Assembly: GCA_965237675.1 (NCBI GenBank)
Contig: OZ250150.1
Span: 3,488,001 to 3,552,000, forward strand
Length of the DNA: 64,000 nucleotides
DNA from: Candidatus Latescibacterota bacterium
GTDB taxonomy: Bacteria; Latescibacterota; UBA2968; GCA-2709665
Direction: 5' to 3'
Of the stretch, positions 29,724 through 39,565 are shown piece by piece. A program made the position numbers and the translations under genes. Within the stretch, counting starts at the first letter, position 1; the number at the start of each line of letters is the position of its first letter. A model generated the notes under the pieces. It searched no databases. It saw only the letters and a program-made list of their open reading frames with translations, and had not been told where the DNA came from.

Positions 29724-31196
29724 GTGTCTGAGGTCATCAGGATTCATTCGGAAAATGCGAAGGTTTTCGATTATCACGGGCGCCCGATGGTACTGCTTTG
29801 TGCGACCGAACACTACGGCGCGGTTGTGAACAGACCGTTTCGGTTTGAGAGATACCTGGCGGACGCGGCCGAACGGGGGCAGACGCTCACACGGCTGTTT
29901 ACGCTGTTCAGAGAGTTGCAGACGCCCGTGAATCCATATTCAACCTGCAAGCCCGAATCGCCGGATTATATCGCGCCGTTCGAGCGGACCGGGCCAGGAA
30001 ATGCACTGGACGGACAACCGCGGTACGATCTGACGCGGTGGAATCCCGAGTTTTTCGAGCGCTTGCACGCATTTCTGTCTCTTGCGGAGGGGTATGGGAT
30101 TATTGTCGAAGTGGTACTCTTCAGCAACACCTACAAGGACGAGGTCTGGGCGCTCAACCCGCTGAATCCCGCCAACAATATTACAATGGATCCGCCGGAT
30201 ACGCCAGTCCCCTGGCAGGAGTACATGACGTGTCGGCGGAAGGATCTGCTGGACTGGCAGCGCGCGCATGTTCGGCGTATTATAGAGGAGACCAACCGGT
30301 ACGGAAATGTGATCTATGAGATCTGCAACGAACCCTGTCACTTTCCAGGGCCCGACGATCTGCCCGATGCGGAGGAGGTGAACGGCTGGCAGGCTCAATT
30401 CATCGCGCAGATTCGCGACCTTGAAAAAGCGATGCCGAATCGGCATCTGATCGCCGGACAGGAGGCGATGACGATCCGGCCATTCGACCAGCCCAGCGAC
30501 GGTTCATTCGAGTCGATGGATTTCGACGTTGTGAATATCCACCCGCTGCCCAATACCCTCTGCAAGGGCCGCAGCTATGATCTTGGTGACTTCATGTCCA
30601 AGCAGCTCAAGTTACTGGCGTTTCGGGAGTTTACGCTTGCAACCTACGATCGGTCCAAGCCTCTCAACCACGATGAAGACAACATCGCCACCCAGTATAA
30701 GGAAGTCGAGGGATGGACGGTGCACCGCAAGCGGGCCTGGACGGCGCTGTTTTCCGGCGCTCACTATGATATGATCGATTTTTCGATCTTGCCGTACCTC
30801 GAGGCGGGAACACCCGACTCGCGGGACGGGATTCGGAGGTGGATGGGTCATTTGTCCGGCTTTATCCATTCAATGGATCTCGAAAGGGCGCGGCCGATAA
30901 GGGGCTGGTTGCACGAACAACCGGAACATACGATCGAATCGGTGTTCGCCGTTTCGGGCGAGGACTATTGCGTCTATCTGGCAGACGGACGCGAGCGGGA
31001 CGAGGGTGGATGCGGTGAGCCGATCGCAGGAAGGCTCTGTTTTGATCTGCCCCATGGTGCATTTGACGCGGCCTGTTTTTCGCCCGTAGACGGTGTCTAT
31101 TCTCCCTGGCTCCCGCTCTGCGGCGGCGAAATGAAACGCGTGGTTTTACCCGCGTTTCAGCACGATATCGTGGTACGTATCAGGAAATCGGAGTAA
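29724..31196 (+). CDS. TIM-barrel glycoside hydrolase-like protein (GH5-like fold)
   Basis: YEICNEP acid/base motif; YDLTRWNPEFFERL; C-terminal beta-sandwich-like segment. Confidence 0.65.
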   Translation: MSEVIRIHSENAKVFDYHGRPMVLLCATEHYGAVVNRPFRFERYLADAAERGQTLTRLFTLFRELQTPVNPYSTCKPESPDYIAPFERTGPGNALDGQPRYDLTRWNPEFFERLHAFLSLAEGYGIIVEVVLFSNTYKDEVWALNPLNPANNITMDPPDTPVPWQEYMTCRRKDLLDWQRAHVRRIIEETNRYGNVIYEICNEPCHFPGPDDLPDAEEVNGWQAQFIAQIRDLEKAMPNRHLIAGQEAMTIRPFDQPSDGSFESMDFDVVNIHPLPNTLCKGRSYDLGDFMSKQLKLLAFREFTLATYDRSKPLNHDEDNIATQYKEVEGWTVHRKRAWTALFSGAHYDMIDFSILPYLEAGTPDSRDGIRRWMGHLSGFIHSMDLERARPIRGWLHEQPEHTIESVFAVSGEDYCVYLADGRERDEGGCGEPIAGRLCFDLPHGAFDAACFSPVDGVYSPWLPLCGGEMKRVVLPAFQHDIVVRIRKSE

Positions 31197-31199
31197 GCG

Positions 31200-32009
31200 A
31201 TGGGACGGCTCCAGGGGCAAGCTGCATGGGTGAGCGGCGGCGCATCCGGCATGGGAGAAGCCACGGCCGAGTTGTTTGCTGCCGAAGGCGCCCGGGTTGC
31301 CGTTGTGGACGTACAGGTGGAACGTGGCCGCCAGGTGGTGGAACGCATTGCCGAACAGGGTGGAGAGGCGATTTTTCTGTCGTGCGATGTGGCGATGGGA
31401 GAGCATGTGCGGGATTCAATCGAAGCAACCGTGGCGCGTTTCGGTGAGTTGCAGACGGTTGTGAATTGTGCCGGAATTGTGCATGTCGCCTGTCTGCATG
31501 AGTATTCCGAAGAGGATTGGGATCGGTTGATGGGGGTCAATCTCAAGTCAATCTTCTTCTCGCTCAAGTACGGTATTGCCTATTTCAGGCGACACACGCG
31601 CAGTTATATGGTGAATATCGGATCGGTAGGCAGTTTTATCGGTCAGGCGGCCACACCCGCCTATACCGCATCCAAGCACGCGGTGCTGGGATTGAGCCGG
31701 TCGATCGCTCTGGATTATGCCGTGGACGGGCTGCGCTGTAACTGTATCTGTCCCGGCATTACGGATACACCCATGCTGCGGTACCATCTGAATACGACAC
31801 CGGATCCGGAAGGTACGCTGGCACAACGCCTGAAACGCGTTCCGACAGGAGCCGTCATCAGACCGTCGGACGTGGCACGGGCAGCGCTTTACTTCTGTTC
31901 CGCGGCGTCCGAAGGAATTACCGGCACGTCCCTGGTGATCGATGGCGGGTATATCGCCGCCGCGGAGTGGGACACGCCGGGTCCGACACGTTTTACGGAG
32001 GAGCCGTGA
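31200..32009 (+). CDS. SDR family oxidoreductase
   Basis: SGGASGMG, NCAG, YTASK, VIDGG. Confidence 0.93.
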   Translation: MGRLQGQAAWVSGGASGMGEATAELFAAEGARVAVVDVQVERGRQVVERIAEQGGEAIFLSCDVAMGEHVRDSIEATVARFGELQTVVNCAGIVHVACLHEYSEEDWDRLMGVNLKSIFFSLKYGIAYFRRHTRSYMVNIGSVGSFIGQAATPAYTASKHAVLGLSRSIALDYAVDGLRCNCICPGITDTPMLRYHLNTTPDPEGTLAQRLKRVPTGAVIRPSDVARAALYFCSAASEGITGTSLVIDGGYIAAAEWDTPGPTRFTEEP

Positions 32010-32842
32010 CCACGAGACTGGCATGCTCTGATTTTACTTTTCCCCTGCTTACGCACAATGGGGCGCTTCAACTGGTCTCCATGCTGGGATTTGCGGGTGT
32101 GGACATAGGCCTCTTCGAGGAGCGTTCTCATCTATGGCCATCCAACGAGTTTCGGAATGCGGCGCGGTCGGCGCGCTCGCTGAGAAGGAAACTGGATGAC
32201 CTGGACCTGGAGCCCGCGGATATTTTTTTGCAGATGTCGATGGATTTCGCGCCGTATGCGATCAATCATCCACAGCGTACACGTCGGCAAAAAGCGCGAG
32301 ACTGGTTTCTGAAAGCGGTGGAATACGCCGCTGAGTGCGGGTGTCGGCACGTAACGACATTACCGGGTGTGCGCAATCCTGGTGAATCGCGCGCCGATTC
32401 CTTTGCCCGATCAGTAGAGGAATTGAACTGGCGTGTGGCGCGGGCCGGTGCGCACGATATTGTTTTTGGTGTGGAACCGCACGTCGGTTCTCTGGTTCCC
32501 CGGCCGAAATCGGCGGAAAGACTGGTGGAGGCCGTTCCCGGTCTGACGTTGACGCTGGATTACACACACTTCACGCGGATCGGGCTGCCGGATTCGGATG
32601 TCGAGCCGCTCATGAAATATGCCAGCCACTTCCATGCGCGCGGCGCGCGGCGGGGTCGGTTGCAGACGTCGTTCGATAAAAATGCAATTGACTACAGACG
32701 GGTTGTTGAAGTGATGAAGGCGACGGGATATGCGGGATGGCTTGGCGTCGAGTACATATGGATCGACTGGGAGCATTGCAACGAATGCGACAACGTATCC
32801 GAGACGGTGAGGTTTCGAGATTTCTTCAGATCCCTGTATTAA
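32006..32842 (+). CDS. Sugar phosphate isomerase/epimerase (xylose isomerase-like TIM barrel)
   Basis: GVEPH, LDYTH, HFHAR, GYAGWLGVEY; GTGA overlap with the SDR. Confidence 0.85.
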   Translation: MTTRLACSDFTFPLLTHNGALQLVSMLGFAGVDIGLFEERSHLWPSNEFRNAARSARSLRRKLDDLDLEPADIFLQMSMDFAPYAINHPQRTRRQKARDWFLKAVEYAAECGCRHVTTLPGVRNPGESRADSFARSVEELNWRVARAGAHDIVFGVEPHVGSLVPRPKSAERLVEAVPGLTLTLDYTHFTRIGLPDSDVEPLMKYASHFHARGARRGRLQTSFDKNAIDYRRVVEVMKATGYAGWLGVEYIWIDWEHCNECDNVSETVRFRDFFRSLY

Positions 32843-33005
32843 AACACGCATGGGAATCATCAATCCGACCATGGACACGAACCTGCAGTCTTGATGTGAC
32901 GCTTTCCAGGCGAGGAATTTGGGTGTGTTTCATTCAGTTCGCATCGAGACGCGTGCTTCGTTCGGCACTTCGGCGGCGGCCGGGCCCGGCTGGTTTTTTG
33001 ACCTA

Positions 33006-33034
33006 TTGACAAGCCTTGAAATCAAGAGTATATT
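33006..33034 (+). promoter_or_regulatory. Sigma70 promoter of ssb
   Basis: TTGACA-17-TATATT, preceded by a GC hairpin and T-run. Confidence 0.75.
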
Positions 33035-33112
33035 CGTTTGATCGCTCTTGCGGAAGGGATGGTGCCATCATTTCTATCAGGTTGTTTTTATTTTATTTAA
33101 AGGAGGCCTATT

Positions 33113-33619
33113 GTGGCACGTGGAGGCGTAAACAAGGTGATTCTGATTGGCAATATCGGGGCGGATCCTGAGTTGAGATACACACCCAACGGGACTGCCG
33201 TTTCAAACTTCAATGTGGCGACCAACGAAAATTGGACGGATAAATCGGGAGAACGCCAGGAACGAACCGAGTGGCACCGGATTGTGGTATGGGGCCGGCT
33301 GGCCGAGATCTGCAATCAATATCTGCGGAAAGGCAGCAAGGTCTATATTGAGGGGCGTCTGCAGACCAGTAGCTGGGAAGGGCAGGATGGTCAGAAGCGA
33401 TACACCACCGAGGTGGTAGCCAGAGACATGCAAATGCTGAGTTCTCGCGACGACCCCGATACCGATACCGGTAGCGGTTATTCTCAGGGGCAGCGCGCGC
33501 CCGCGGACGGAACACCGGACAATCGACAGGGCTCCGTCGACACCGGGGGCGGCCCCGATACGGGGTCAGGCGAGTCGGGCCCGCCGACCATTGGCGCGGA
33601 CGACGACCTTCCGTTCTGA
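33113..33619 (+). CDS. ssb: Single-stranded DNA-binding protein
   Basis: [20 protein letters not shown]-terminal DDDLPF; AAGGAGG RBS. Confidence 0.98.
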   Translation: MARGGVNKVILIGNIGADPELRYTPNGTAVSNFNVATNENWTDKSGERQERTEWHRIVVWGRLAEICNQYLRKGSKVYIEGRLQTSSWEGQDGQKRYTTEVVARDMQMLSSRDDPDTDTGSGYSQGQRAPADGTPDNRQGSVDTGGGPDTGSGESGPPTIGADDDLPF

Positions 33620-33981
33620 ACGGAGGGCGCCGGCATCGCGAAATCGTCTTGAGTTCTGTCCCGGGAATAATTGCCGAAGTTCGGCCGCCGAGCGCGTCCC
33701 GACAAGCCCGTTTCGACGAGCTCAACGCACGCAACGCAGCGTGTCGGGATGAACCGGCGCCTGCCTGTGCGTGCTGCCTCACGCACGCAGACAGGGAAGA
33801 ATGGCGACATATTTCCGGGGCAGGACTCCAGGATATCCCCAGATCCGAGGGCTGCGAAATCTTGTTGCAGCCCCATGTTCTGTACGTAAATTGAGGGCAC
33901 TTGTATGGCCGGGACGAGTTTCGCATCCGCCGGTCGGCCGGACATCCGGTGGTCCGGTGTGGAATTTCATTTGGTACGGGT

Positions 33982-34611
33982 ATGTTGAGATTAATTGCGT
34001 TTTTTTCGGGTGCGGCGCTCATGGGGTTGGAAATTGTGGGTAGCCGGGTGCTGGCGCCGTATTTCGGCAGTTCGGTTTTCGTCTGGGGCAGTCTGATCGC
34101 AGTCGTGCTGGCCGCGTTGAGTCTGGGAGCGTATACCGGAGGGAGGCTGGCGGACCGGATGCCATCGGGACGGCCGCTGGCGGGGATGTTGAGCCTGTCA
34201 GGACTGATGGCGCTGGTTCTGCCCTGGGTGGCGGCGACGGTCAACCGGGCCGTTTTTGTTATGGAACTGGGTCCACGCGGCGGTCCGTTGCTGGCCTCGG
34301 TCGTGCTCTTTGCGATACCGGGAGCGGCTTTGGGAGCGATCACGCCGTTTATCGTCCGGATGCTGGCGGACCGCGTGGACAGGGTTGGAGGTGTTGCGGG
34401 GACGGTGTCCGCATTGTCAACAGCGGGTAGTATTGCGGGGACGCTGGGCACTGCGTTTTATCTGATACCCACAATGGGGGTGCGGCTTATACTGCACCTG
34501 ATCGGAGTGGTGCTTCTGGTGTTGGCGGCGATGGCTCTGTGGGGAACGGATAAGCGTGCCGGAGAAAACGAGAGCCCGCGGCAAGAACCCACGAGGCGAA
34601 GAACAGGATGA
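33982..34611 (+). CDS. Membrane domain of the 'fused MFS/spermidine synthase' family, encoded alone
   Basis: FFSGAALMGLEIVGSRVLAPYFGSSVFVWG...ALSTAGSIAGTLGTAFYLIP; about 6 TMs. Confidence 0.85.
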   Translation: MLRLIAFFSGAALMGLEIVGSRVLAPYFGSSVFVWGSLIAVVLAALSLGAYTGGRLADRMPSGRPLAGMLSLSGLMALVLPWVAATVNRAVFVMELGPRGGPLLASVVLFAIPGAALGAITPFIVRMLADRVDRVGGVAGTVSALSTAGSIAGTLGTAFYLIPTMGVRLILHLIGVVLLVLAAMALWGTDKRAGENESPRQEPTRRRTG

Positions 34612-35636
34612 CAGACGTATACGCGACGTGGAACCGTGGGGCGGTTGGAGCGAGGCAAGGATACGTAGATACGAAGACCGCATCCGGACCGACCTTGAAC
34701 CGTCTCAAACTCAATCTGCTCCCATTCAAAATATCCTTTCTCAATGTCCTTATTTTTCTTATTACAGCATGCGACGTCCGGCCGGAGATACCCGAGCGAG
34801 AACGGCTGGTCTACGTCCATGATTCGTTGTATAATCATATCGTGATTTCGGAAGACAGTGAAGCCCGGTATCTGAGGTTCGGTTATCGCCAGAAACAGAG
34901 CGCGATGACGCTATCAGATCCAACGGCGTTGCGCGTACCGTACACCGCGTACCTGGCGGTTGGAATGGCATTTACGAATCCGGAATCGATGCTGATGATC
35001 GGGCTGGCGGGGGGTTCGGTGGTCCGATTTGTCCGGTCCTACCGTCCGGCAGTAACCATGGATGTGGTCGAACTGGACGCGGACGTGGTTCGCGTGGCCA
35101 AGCGGTATTTCGGTGTCGAGGAAGGCGCCGGTCACAAGATTCACGTGGACGACGGGCGGATGTTTGTGAAGCGGACGGCGGGCCGGTACGACTGGGTCAT
35201 CCTCGACGCGTTTCACGCAGATTCGATGCCGTACCATCTCGCAACGGTGGAGTTTTTCAAGGAGGTCAGGAAAATCCTGAATCCGGGTGGCGTCGTGACA
35301 GTGAACGTGGCGCCTCTGGGTCCGGGTGTGTTGTATCTGTCAATCATTCGAACCCTGGCGGAGGCGTTTCCGCAGGTGTACCTGTTTCAGGTTCCTGAGC
35401 GAAGCAATGTCGTGGCGGTGGCCACACTGGACGACGAGCGGCGTTCTGGACGCGATATCGCACAGGCTATAGGCGTGTTGAAGTCGGAAATGGGTGACGC
35501 GCTGGAATTGCTGAACGTGACAACTCCGTACGGAGACCATAAGCCGGTGGTTCGAGGCAGTCCGGTGCTGACGGACGATTATGCGCCGGTTGACTGGCTG
35601 AGATACTGGCGGGCACCGGCGGCGAGCATCAAGTAG
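34608..35636 (+). CDS. Spermidine-synthase-like SAM-binding (methyltransferase) domain protein, possible lipoprotein
   Basis: DSLYNHI, IGLAGGS, VELDADVV, DDGR, YDWVILDAF, LTDDYAPV; lipobox ITA-C if translated from TTG 34695. Confidence 0.8.
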   Translation: MTDVYATWNRGAVGARQGYVDTKTASGPTLNRLKLNLLPFKISFLNVLIFLITACDVRPEIPERERLVYVHDSLYNHIVISEDSEARYLRFGYRQKQSAMTLSDPTALRVPYTAYLAVGMAFTNPESMLMIGLAGGSVVRFVRSYRPAVTMDVVELDADVVRVAKRYFGVEEGAGHKIHVDDGRMFVKRTAGRYDWVILDAFHADSMPYHLATVEFFKEVRKILNPGGVVTVNVAPLGPGVLYLSIIRTLAEAFPQVYLFQVPERSNVVAVATLDDERRSGRDIAQAIGVLKSEMGDALELLNVTTPYGDHKPVVRGSPVLTDDYAPVDWLRYWRAPAASIK

Positions 35637-35640
35637 AGGC

Positions 35641-35674
35641 GGTATTGCGCGGTGTTGTCACACCGCGCGATGCC
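35641..35674. terminator. Intergenic hairpin (possible terminator or processing signal)
   Basis: GGTATTGCGCGGTG...CACCGCGCGATGCC 14-bp stem with two G-U pairs; no U-tract. Confidence 0.4.
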
Positions 35675-35695
35675 TTAAGGTAAGGGAGGCATGCA

Positions 35696-37351
35696 ATGGC
35701 CGAGATATGGAATCCGGAACCCGAGTTGCTGGCGTCTCTGGATGCGGCTGTACCTGGGATTCTGGCGTCTCAGAAGGAGAACGGGGAGTTTGGCACAGAG
35801 CCGTGGGTCTGTGGGGATCAGAATATTATTTTTCCTCTGGCTGCGGCGTGGCATCTTGAAGAAAGTCGATATCACCGGAACAACGACGTGCTGGCGGCAA
35901 TCGTCCGTGGCGGGGACGCTCTGATTGATGCACAGGATGAACAAGGGAAGTGGACGTTCTTGAAGAAGGACTATTCGGAGTGGGGCCAGATCTTCATGCC
36001 GTGGACGTACAGCCGATGGATCCGTGCGTATCAGATCGTGCAAGAAGCAATGGAACGCGATGCTCTTGTCCGGTGGGAGGAGGCGCTTCTGAAGGGGTAC
36101 GACGGGATTTCCCGGACGTGTCTGCATCACGTTCACAATATACCGGCCTATCATTCAATGGGCCTGTTTTGCGCTGGCACGGTATTCGGGCGGGAAGACT
36201 GGAGTGCGCAGTCGCGAGCGTTTATGGCAAGGGTGGCGGGCCGGCAGTCGCCGCAGGGTTGGTGGGCCGAGCACAATGGGCCCGTCGTGGCGTACAACTT
36301 CGTATATTCGGATGCATTGGGGATCTATTACGGGATGTCGGGCGACGGGGAGGTGTTGCCCGCGCTTGAACGGGCGGCGCGATACCACGCGAGTCTGACC
36401 TATCCGGACGGGAGTCCCGTGGAGACTGTGGACGGGCGCAACCCGTACCACCGCGGCATCCATCTTGGCAATCCGGGGTTCAGCCATACGGCGTCGGGAA
36501 GAGGGTACCTGGCGCGGCAACACGAGCTGTTTCTGGAAGAGGGCAACCGGTTTGACCCGGATTATGCTGCAAGTCTACTGCTTCACGGCGGCCGGGGTGA
36601 GGCTAAGGAGACCACCGCCGGGCAGGAGCGGCACGTCTATCGGATGGGGAATGAAGCGACCGCAGTGAGACACAGCCCATGGTTCTTCTGTCTGTCGGCT
36701 TTCGTGGTGGATTTTCCTCAGAATCGGTGGGGTCAGGATCGACAGAATTTCGTAAGCGTGTTTCACGATAAGGTGGGGTTGGTTGTGGGCGGCGGGAACA
36801 CAAAGCTGCAACCGTTGTGGAGTTCGTTCACCGTAGGGGACAAGCGCCTCTTGGCACACACCCCCGGGGATGAAGATCCGGATTTCGATGTGCCCGAGGG
36901 ATTGATCCACGTGCCCGGCGAACTTTCCTACGTCTCCGGAGAAGATCGTGGCCGGTTGAGCATGGGTTACGGCGAGGAGACGTGTGGGATCGAGGTTGCG
37001 GTTGAGACAGAGACGAAACTGACGCTGGTGTACGAGGCGACGGCAAATTCCGGGATGCCTGTGGCCGGGCATGTGACGCTGATGCCGCATCTGGATCTGC
37101 CGGTTGGTCTCGCCTCGGGTGCGTCGGTCATGCTGGCTGACGAGAGGCTGGAATGGTCGGAGGAGGCATGGATAGACCATGCAGGCTGGCGATTGCATAT
37201 GTCGCCTGGCAGCCAGGTGGTCTGGCCGGTGTTGCCGCACAATCCGTATCGGAAGGCCGGTGATTCGACCATTGAGGAGGGGAGACTGGTGGTGGTTCTG
37301 CCCTTCTCAGCCGATGTACGCCGCCACGTGTTGAATTTGGAGGTGTTGTAG
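35696..37351 (+). CDS. Hypothetical protein (helical N-terminus, beta-rich C-terminus; lyase-like architecture suspected)
   Basis: 551-aa ORF with GGGAGG RBS; 'QSPQGWWAEHNGPVVAYN' resembles alpha/alpha-toroid motifs. Confidence 0.6.
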   Translation: MAEIWNPEPELLASLDAAVPGILASQKENGEFGTEPWVCGDQNIIFPLAAAWHLEESRYHRNNDVLAAIVRGGDALIDAQDEQGKWTFLKKDYSEWGQIFMPWTYSRWIRAYQIVQEAMERDALVRWEEALLKGYDGISRTCLHHVHNIPAYHSMGLFCAGTVFGREDWSAQSRAFMARVAGRQSPQGWWAEHNGPVVAYNFVYSDALGIYYGMSGDGEVLPALERAARYHASLTYPDGSPVETVDGRNPYHRGIHLGNPGFSHTASGRGYLARQHELFLEEGNRFDPDYAASLLLHGGRGEAKETTAGQERHVYRMGNEATAVRHSPWFFCLSAFVVDFPQNRWGQDRQNFVSVFHDKVGLVVGGGNTKLQPLWSSFTVGDKRLLAHTPGDEDPDFDVPEGLIHVPGELSYVSGEDRGRLSMGYGEETCGIEVAVETETKLTLVYEATANSGMPVAGHVTLMPHLDLPVGLASGASVMLADERLEWSEEAWIDHAGWRLHMSPGSQVVWPVLPHNPYRKAGDSTIEEGRLVVVLPFSADVRRHVLNLEVL

Positions 37352-37408
37352 CAACGCAAAATCGTATTGCAGCGGTAATTATCGCTTCGTCTGATATGCC
37401 AGGTTTGT

Positions 37409-38263
37409 ATGGGGTGGTTCAATATACGCGTGAAACTACCGCGCAACGCTTCGGATACAGCCGCCGGGCTGCTGTTTGACCTGGGAAGTTGCGGCCTCGA
37501 GGTCGAAGACGGCCTGGCCAACGCGGCGACGCGGCTGACGGCATACTTCCCCGACAACCCGGACCGTTGCAGCGTGGCGTCTGACTTCAGGGATCGGCTG
37601 AATACACTGGTTGCAGGCCTGACGGGTGTGCGCGTTGACGTCGCGACGGTGCCGCCGGAAGATTGGTCGGCCACCTGGAAAGCCTGGTTTAAGCCCGTTT
37701 TTCCGATCCCGTCTCTTGCAATATGCCCACCCTGGGAACGGGTCGCCGACTCCGATGGAGGAGTCAGTCTGGTTATCGAGCCGAAGACGGCTTTTGGAAC
37801 CGGGCACCACGAGACAACCCGATTGGCCCTGCGGATGATGCACGCCGTTCTGGAATCCGGTAACGAAGTGCTGGACGTCGGCACGGGCTCCGGCATCCTG
37901 AGCCTTGCGGCGGCCAAGTTGGGCGCAGGTCGGGTGATGGGCATCGATACTGATGCTCTGGCCGTAGAAAATGCCCGCGCGAATAGGGGATTGAACGAAA
38001 TAGCAGTCAACGTGGAGTTTCGCAAGGGAACGGTTAGCGACGTGTCGGGCATGTTCGACGTCGTCGTGGCGAATATCTCAAGCCGAACGCTTGTGACACT
38101 GCTGCCTGCGCTGGCTTCACGGCTTGGGCCGCGGGGGAGTCTGATCCTCGGGGGGATGCTGGTTGGAGAAGAGGCAGTGATGCTGGATGCACTCGGAGAG
38201 GCCGGGTTGCAGGCCCTGGACGTATGCGCCGAGAACGGCTGGTTGGGCATTCGAGCCGCTTGA
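37409..38263 (+). CDS. prmA: Ribosomal protein L11 methyltransferase
   Basis: EDWSATWK, AFGTGHHETT, LDVGTGSGILS, VVANI. Confidence 0.93.
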   Translation: MGWFNIRVKLPRNASDTAAGLLFDLGSCGLEVEDGLANAATRLTAYFPDNPDRCSVASDFRDRLNTLVAGLTGVRVDVATVPPEDWSATWKAWFKPVFPIPSLAICPPWERVADSDGGVSLVIEPKTAFGTGHHETTRLALRMMHAVLESGNEVLDVGTGSGILSLAAAKLGAGRVMGIDTDALAVENARANRGLNEIAVNVEFRKGTVSDVSGMFDVVVANISSRTLVTLLPALASRLGPRGSLILGGMLVGEEAVMLDALGEAGLQALDVCAENGWLGIRAA

Positions 38264-38452
38264 AGAATCGGGATTGAAACCTGCGGATCACGTGTGCCGG
38301 TGAAACCGTCGCTACCTGGATTACGATCGATTTGGAGACGTTCGGTAAGCAGGCCCCGACGCATTGCAAGAGCCGATTCAATCGGTTGACGATGAACGCC
38401 GGGAACCGGGGCTCGCGGACGACGTTTCGGGCGATATGACGGGGATCGGCTT

Positions 38453-39565
38453 CTATGCGAGTTTCAGCATTTTCTCGGTCGACTTGAGACCATGTCCCGT
38501 CAGGGGTGCCACAATGCACTCGTCTCCGTGCGCGGAGATTTTTTTAAAGGCCGCTATAGCGGTTGCAGACGTCGGTTCGGCGTATAAGCCCTGTTTACAG
38601 ATATCCAGCAGGGCTTTTTCAATTTCTACATCGGTGACGGCGATGACCTGGCCACCGGTCTCGTTAATGATGTCCAGGATTTGAGAGGCACGCGTGGGTT
38701 CCGCGATGGCGATTCCTTCGGCAACGGTATCGCCCCAGGAGGTGGGGGGAAGCTCCGACAGCTGATCCCGCCACATTCGATAGAGGGGGGCGCAGGCGGC
38801 GGCCTGCACAGCGATCATTTTGGGCAGCCTGGCGATCAGCCCGTTCTTCAGCAGATCCTGGAACCCAAGATAGGCGCCGATCAGCAGGGTGCCGTGCCCT
38901 GTGGGAACGATTAAGGTATCGGGTGCGTGGAAATCGAGTTGTTCCCAGATTTCGAATGCGTAGGTTTTGGTGCCCTGAAAAAAAAACGGGTTCCAGACGT
39001 GGCTTGCGTAAAAGTGGCGTTCGGCCGCTTCCATTGCCGCGCGGGCGGTGGCTGCCCTGGAGCCGGGAACGCGGTTCAGTTTCGCGCCGTAGAGCCGGAT
39101 TTGCGCGAGTTTTCCTGGAGAAGTGGATTCGGGCACGTATATTTCGCATTGGATGCCCGCCTTTGCCGCATACGCGGCCACAGCGGCGCCGGCGTTGCCC
39201 GAGGAGTCCTCCACGACTTTCTCGATGCCCAGTTCGAGAGCGCGGCTGATCAGGAGAGAGGCGCCTCGATCCTTGAAGGATCCCGTTGGAAAGAGGTTTT
39301 CCTGTTTGACGGTAATGGGTTTGCCGTCGATCTGTGTCCGAATAAGGGGTGTGGACCCTTCGTTGAAAGAGACGATGTGGGTATCCGCCCTGATCGGCAG
39401 CGCTTCTCGATACCGCCACATTCCGGGCGGCCGCATCCTGATCCTGCTGGCGTCGATGGTACCCTCGAAACCAACATCCAGGGGCGCGCCGCAGTCACAT
39501 CTCCAAAGTCGGGTGTCCTCGGAATGGATCGCGTCGCAGGCCCGGCAGAGGATCTGTAATTTCAT
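38453..39565 (-). CDS. Threonine synthase-like PLP enzyme with N-terminal Zn ribbon
   Basis: PTGSFKDRG, SSGNAG, PTGHG, EPTSA, LTGHGLK; CRAC...CDCG. Confidence 0.88.
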   Translation of the reverse strand: MKLQILCRACDAIHSEDTRLWRCDCGAPLDVGFEGTIDASRIRMRPPGMWRYREALPIRADTHIVSFNEGSTPLIRTQIDGKPITVKQENLFPTGSFKDRGASLLISRALELGIEKVVEDSSGNAGAAVAAYAAKAGIQCEIYVPESTSPGKLAQIRLYGAKLNRVPGSRAATARAAMEAAERHFYASHVWNPFFFQGTKTYAFEIWEQLDFHAPDTLIVPTGHGTLLIGAYLGFQDLLKNGLIARLPKMIAVQAAACAPLYRMWRDQLSELPPTSWGDTVAEGIAIAEPTRASQILDIINETGGQVIAVTDVEIEKALLDICKQGLYAEPTSATAIAAFKKISAHGDECIVAPLTGHGLKSTEKMLKLA

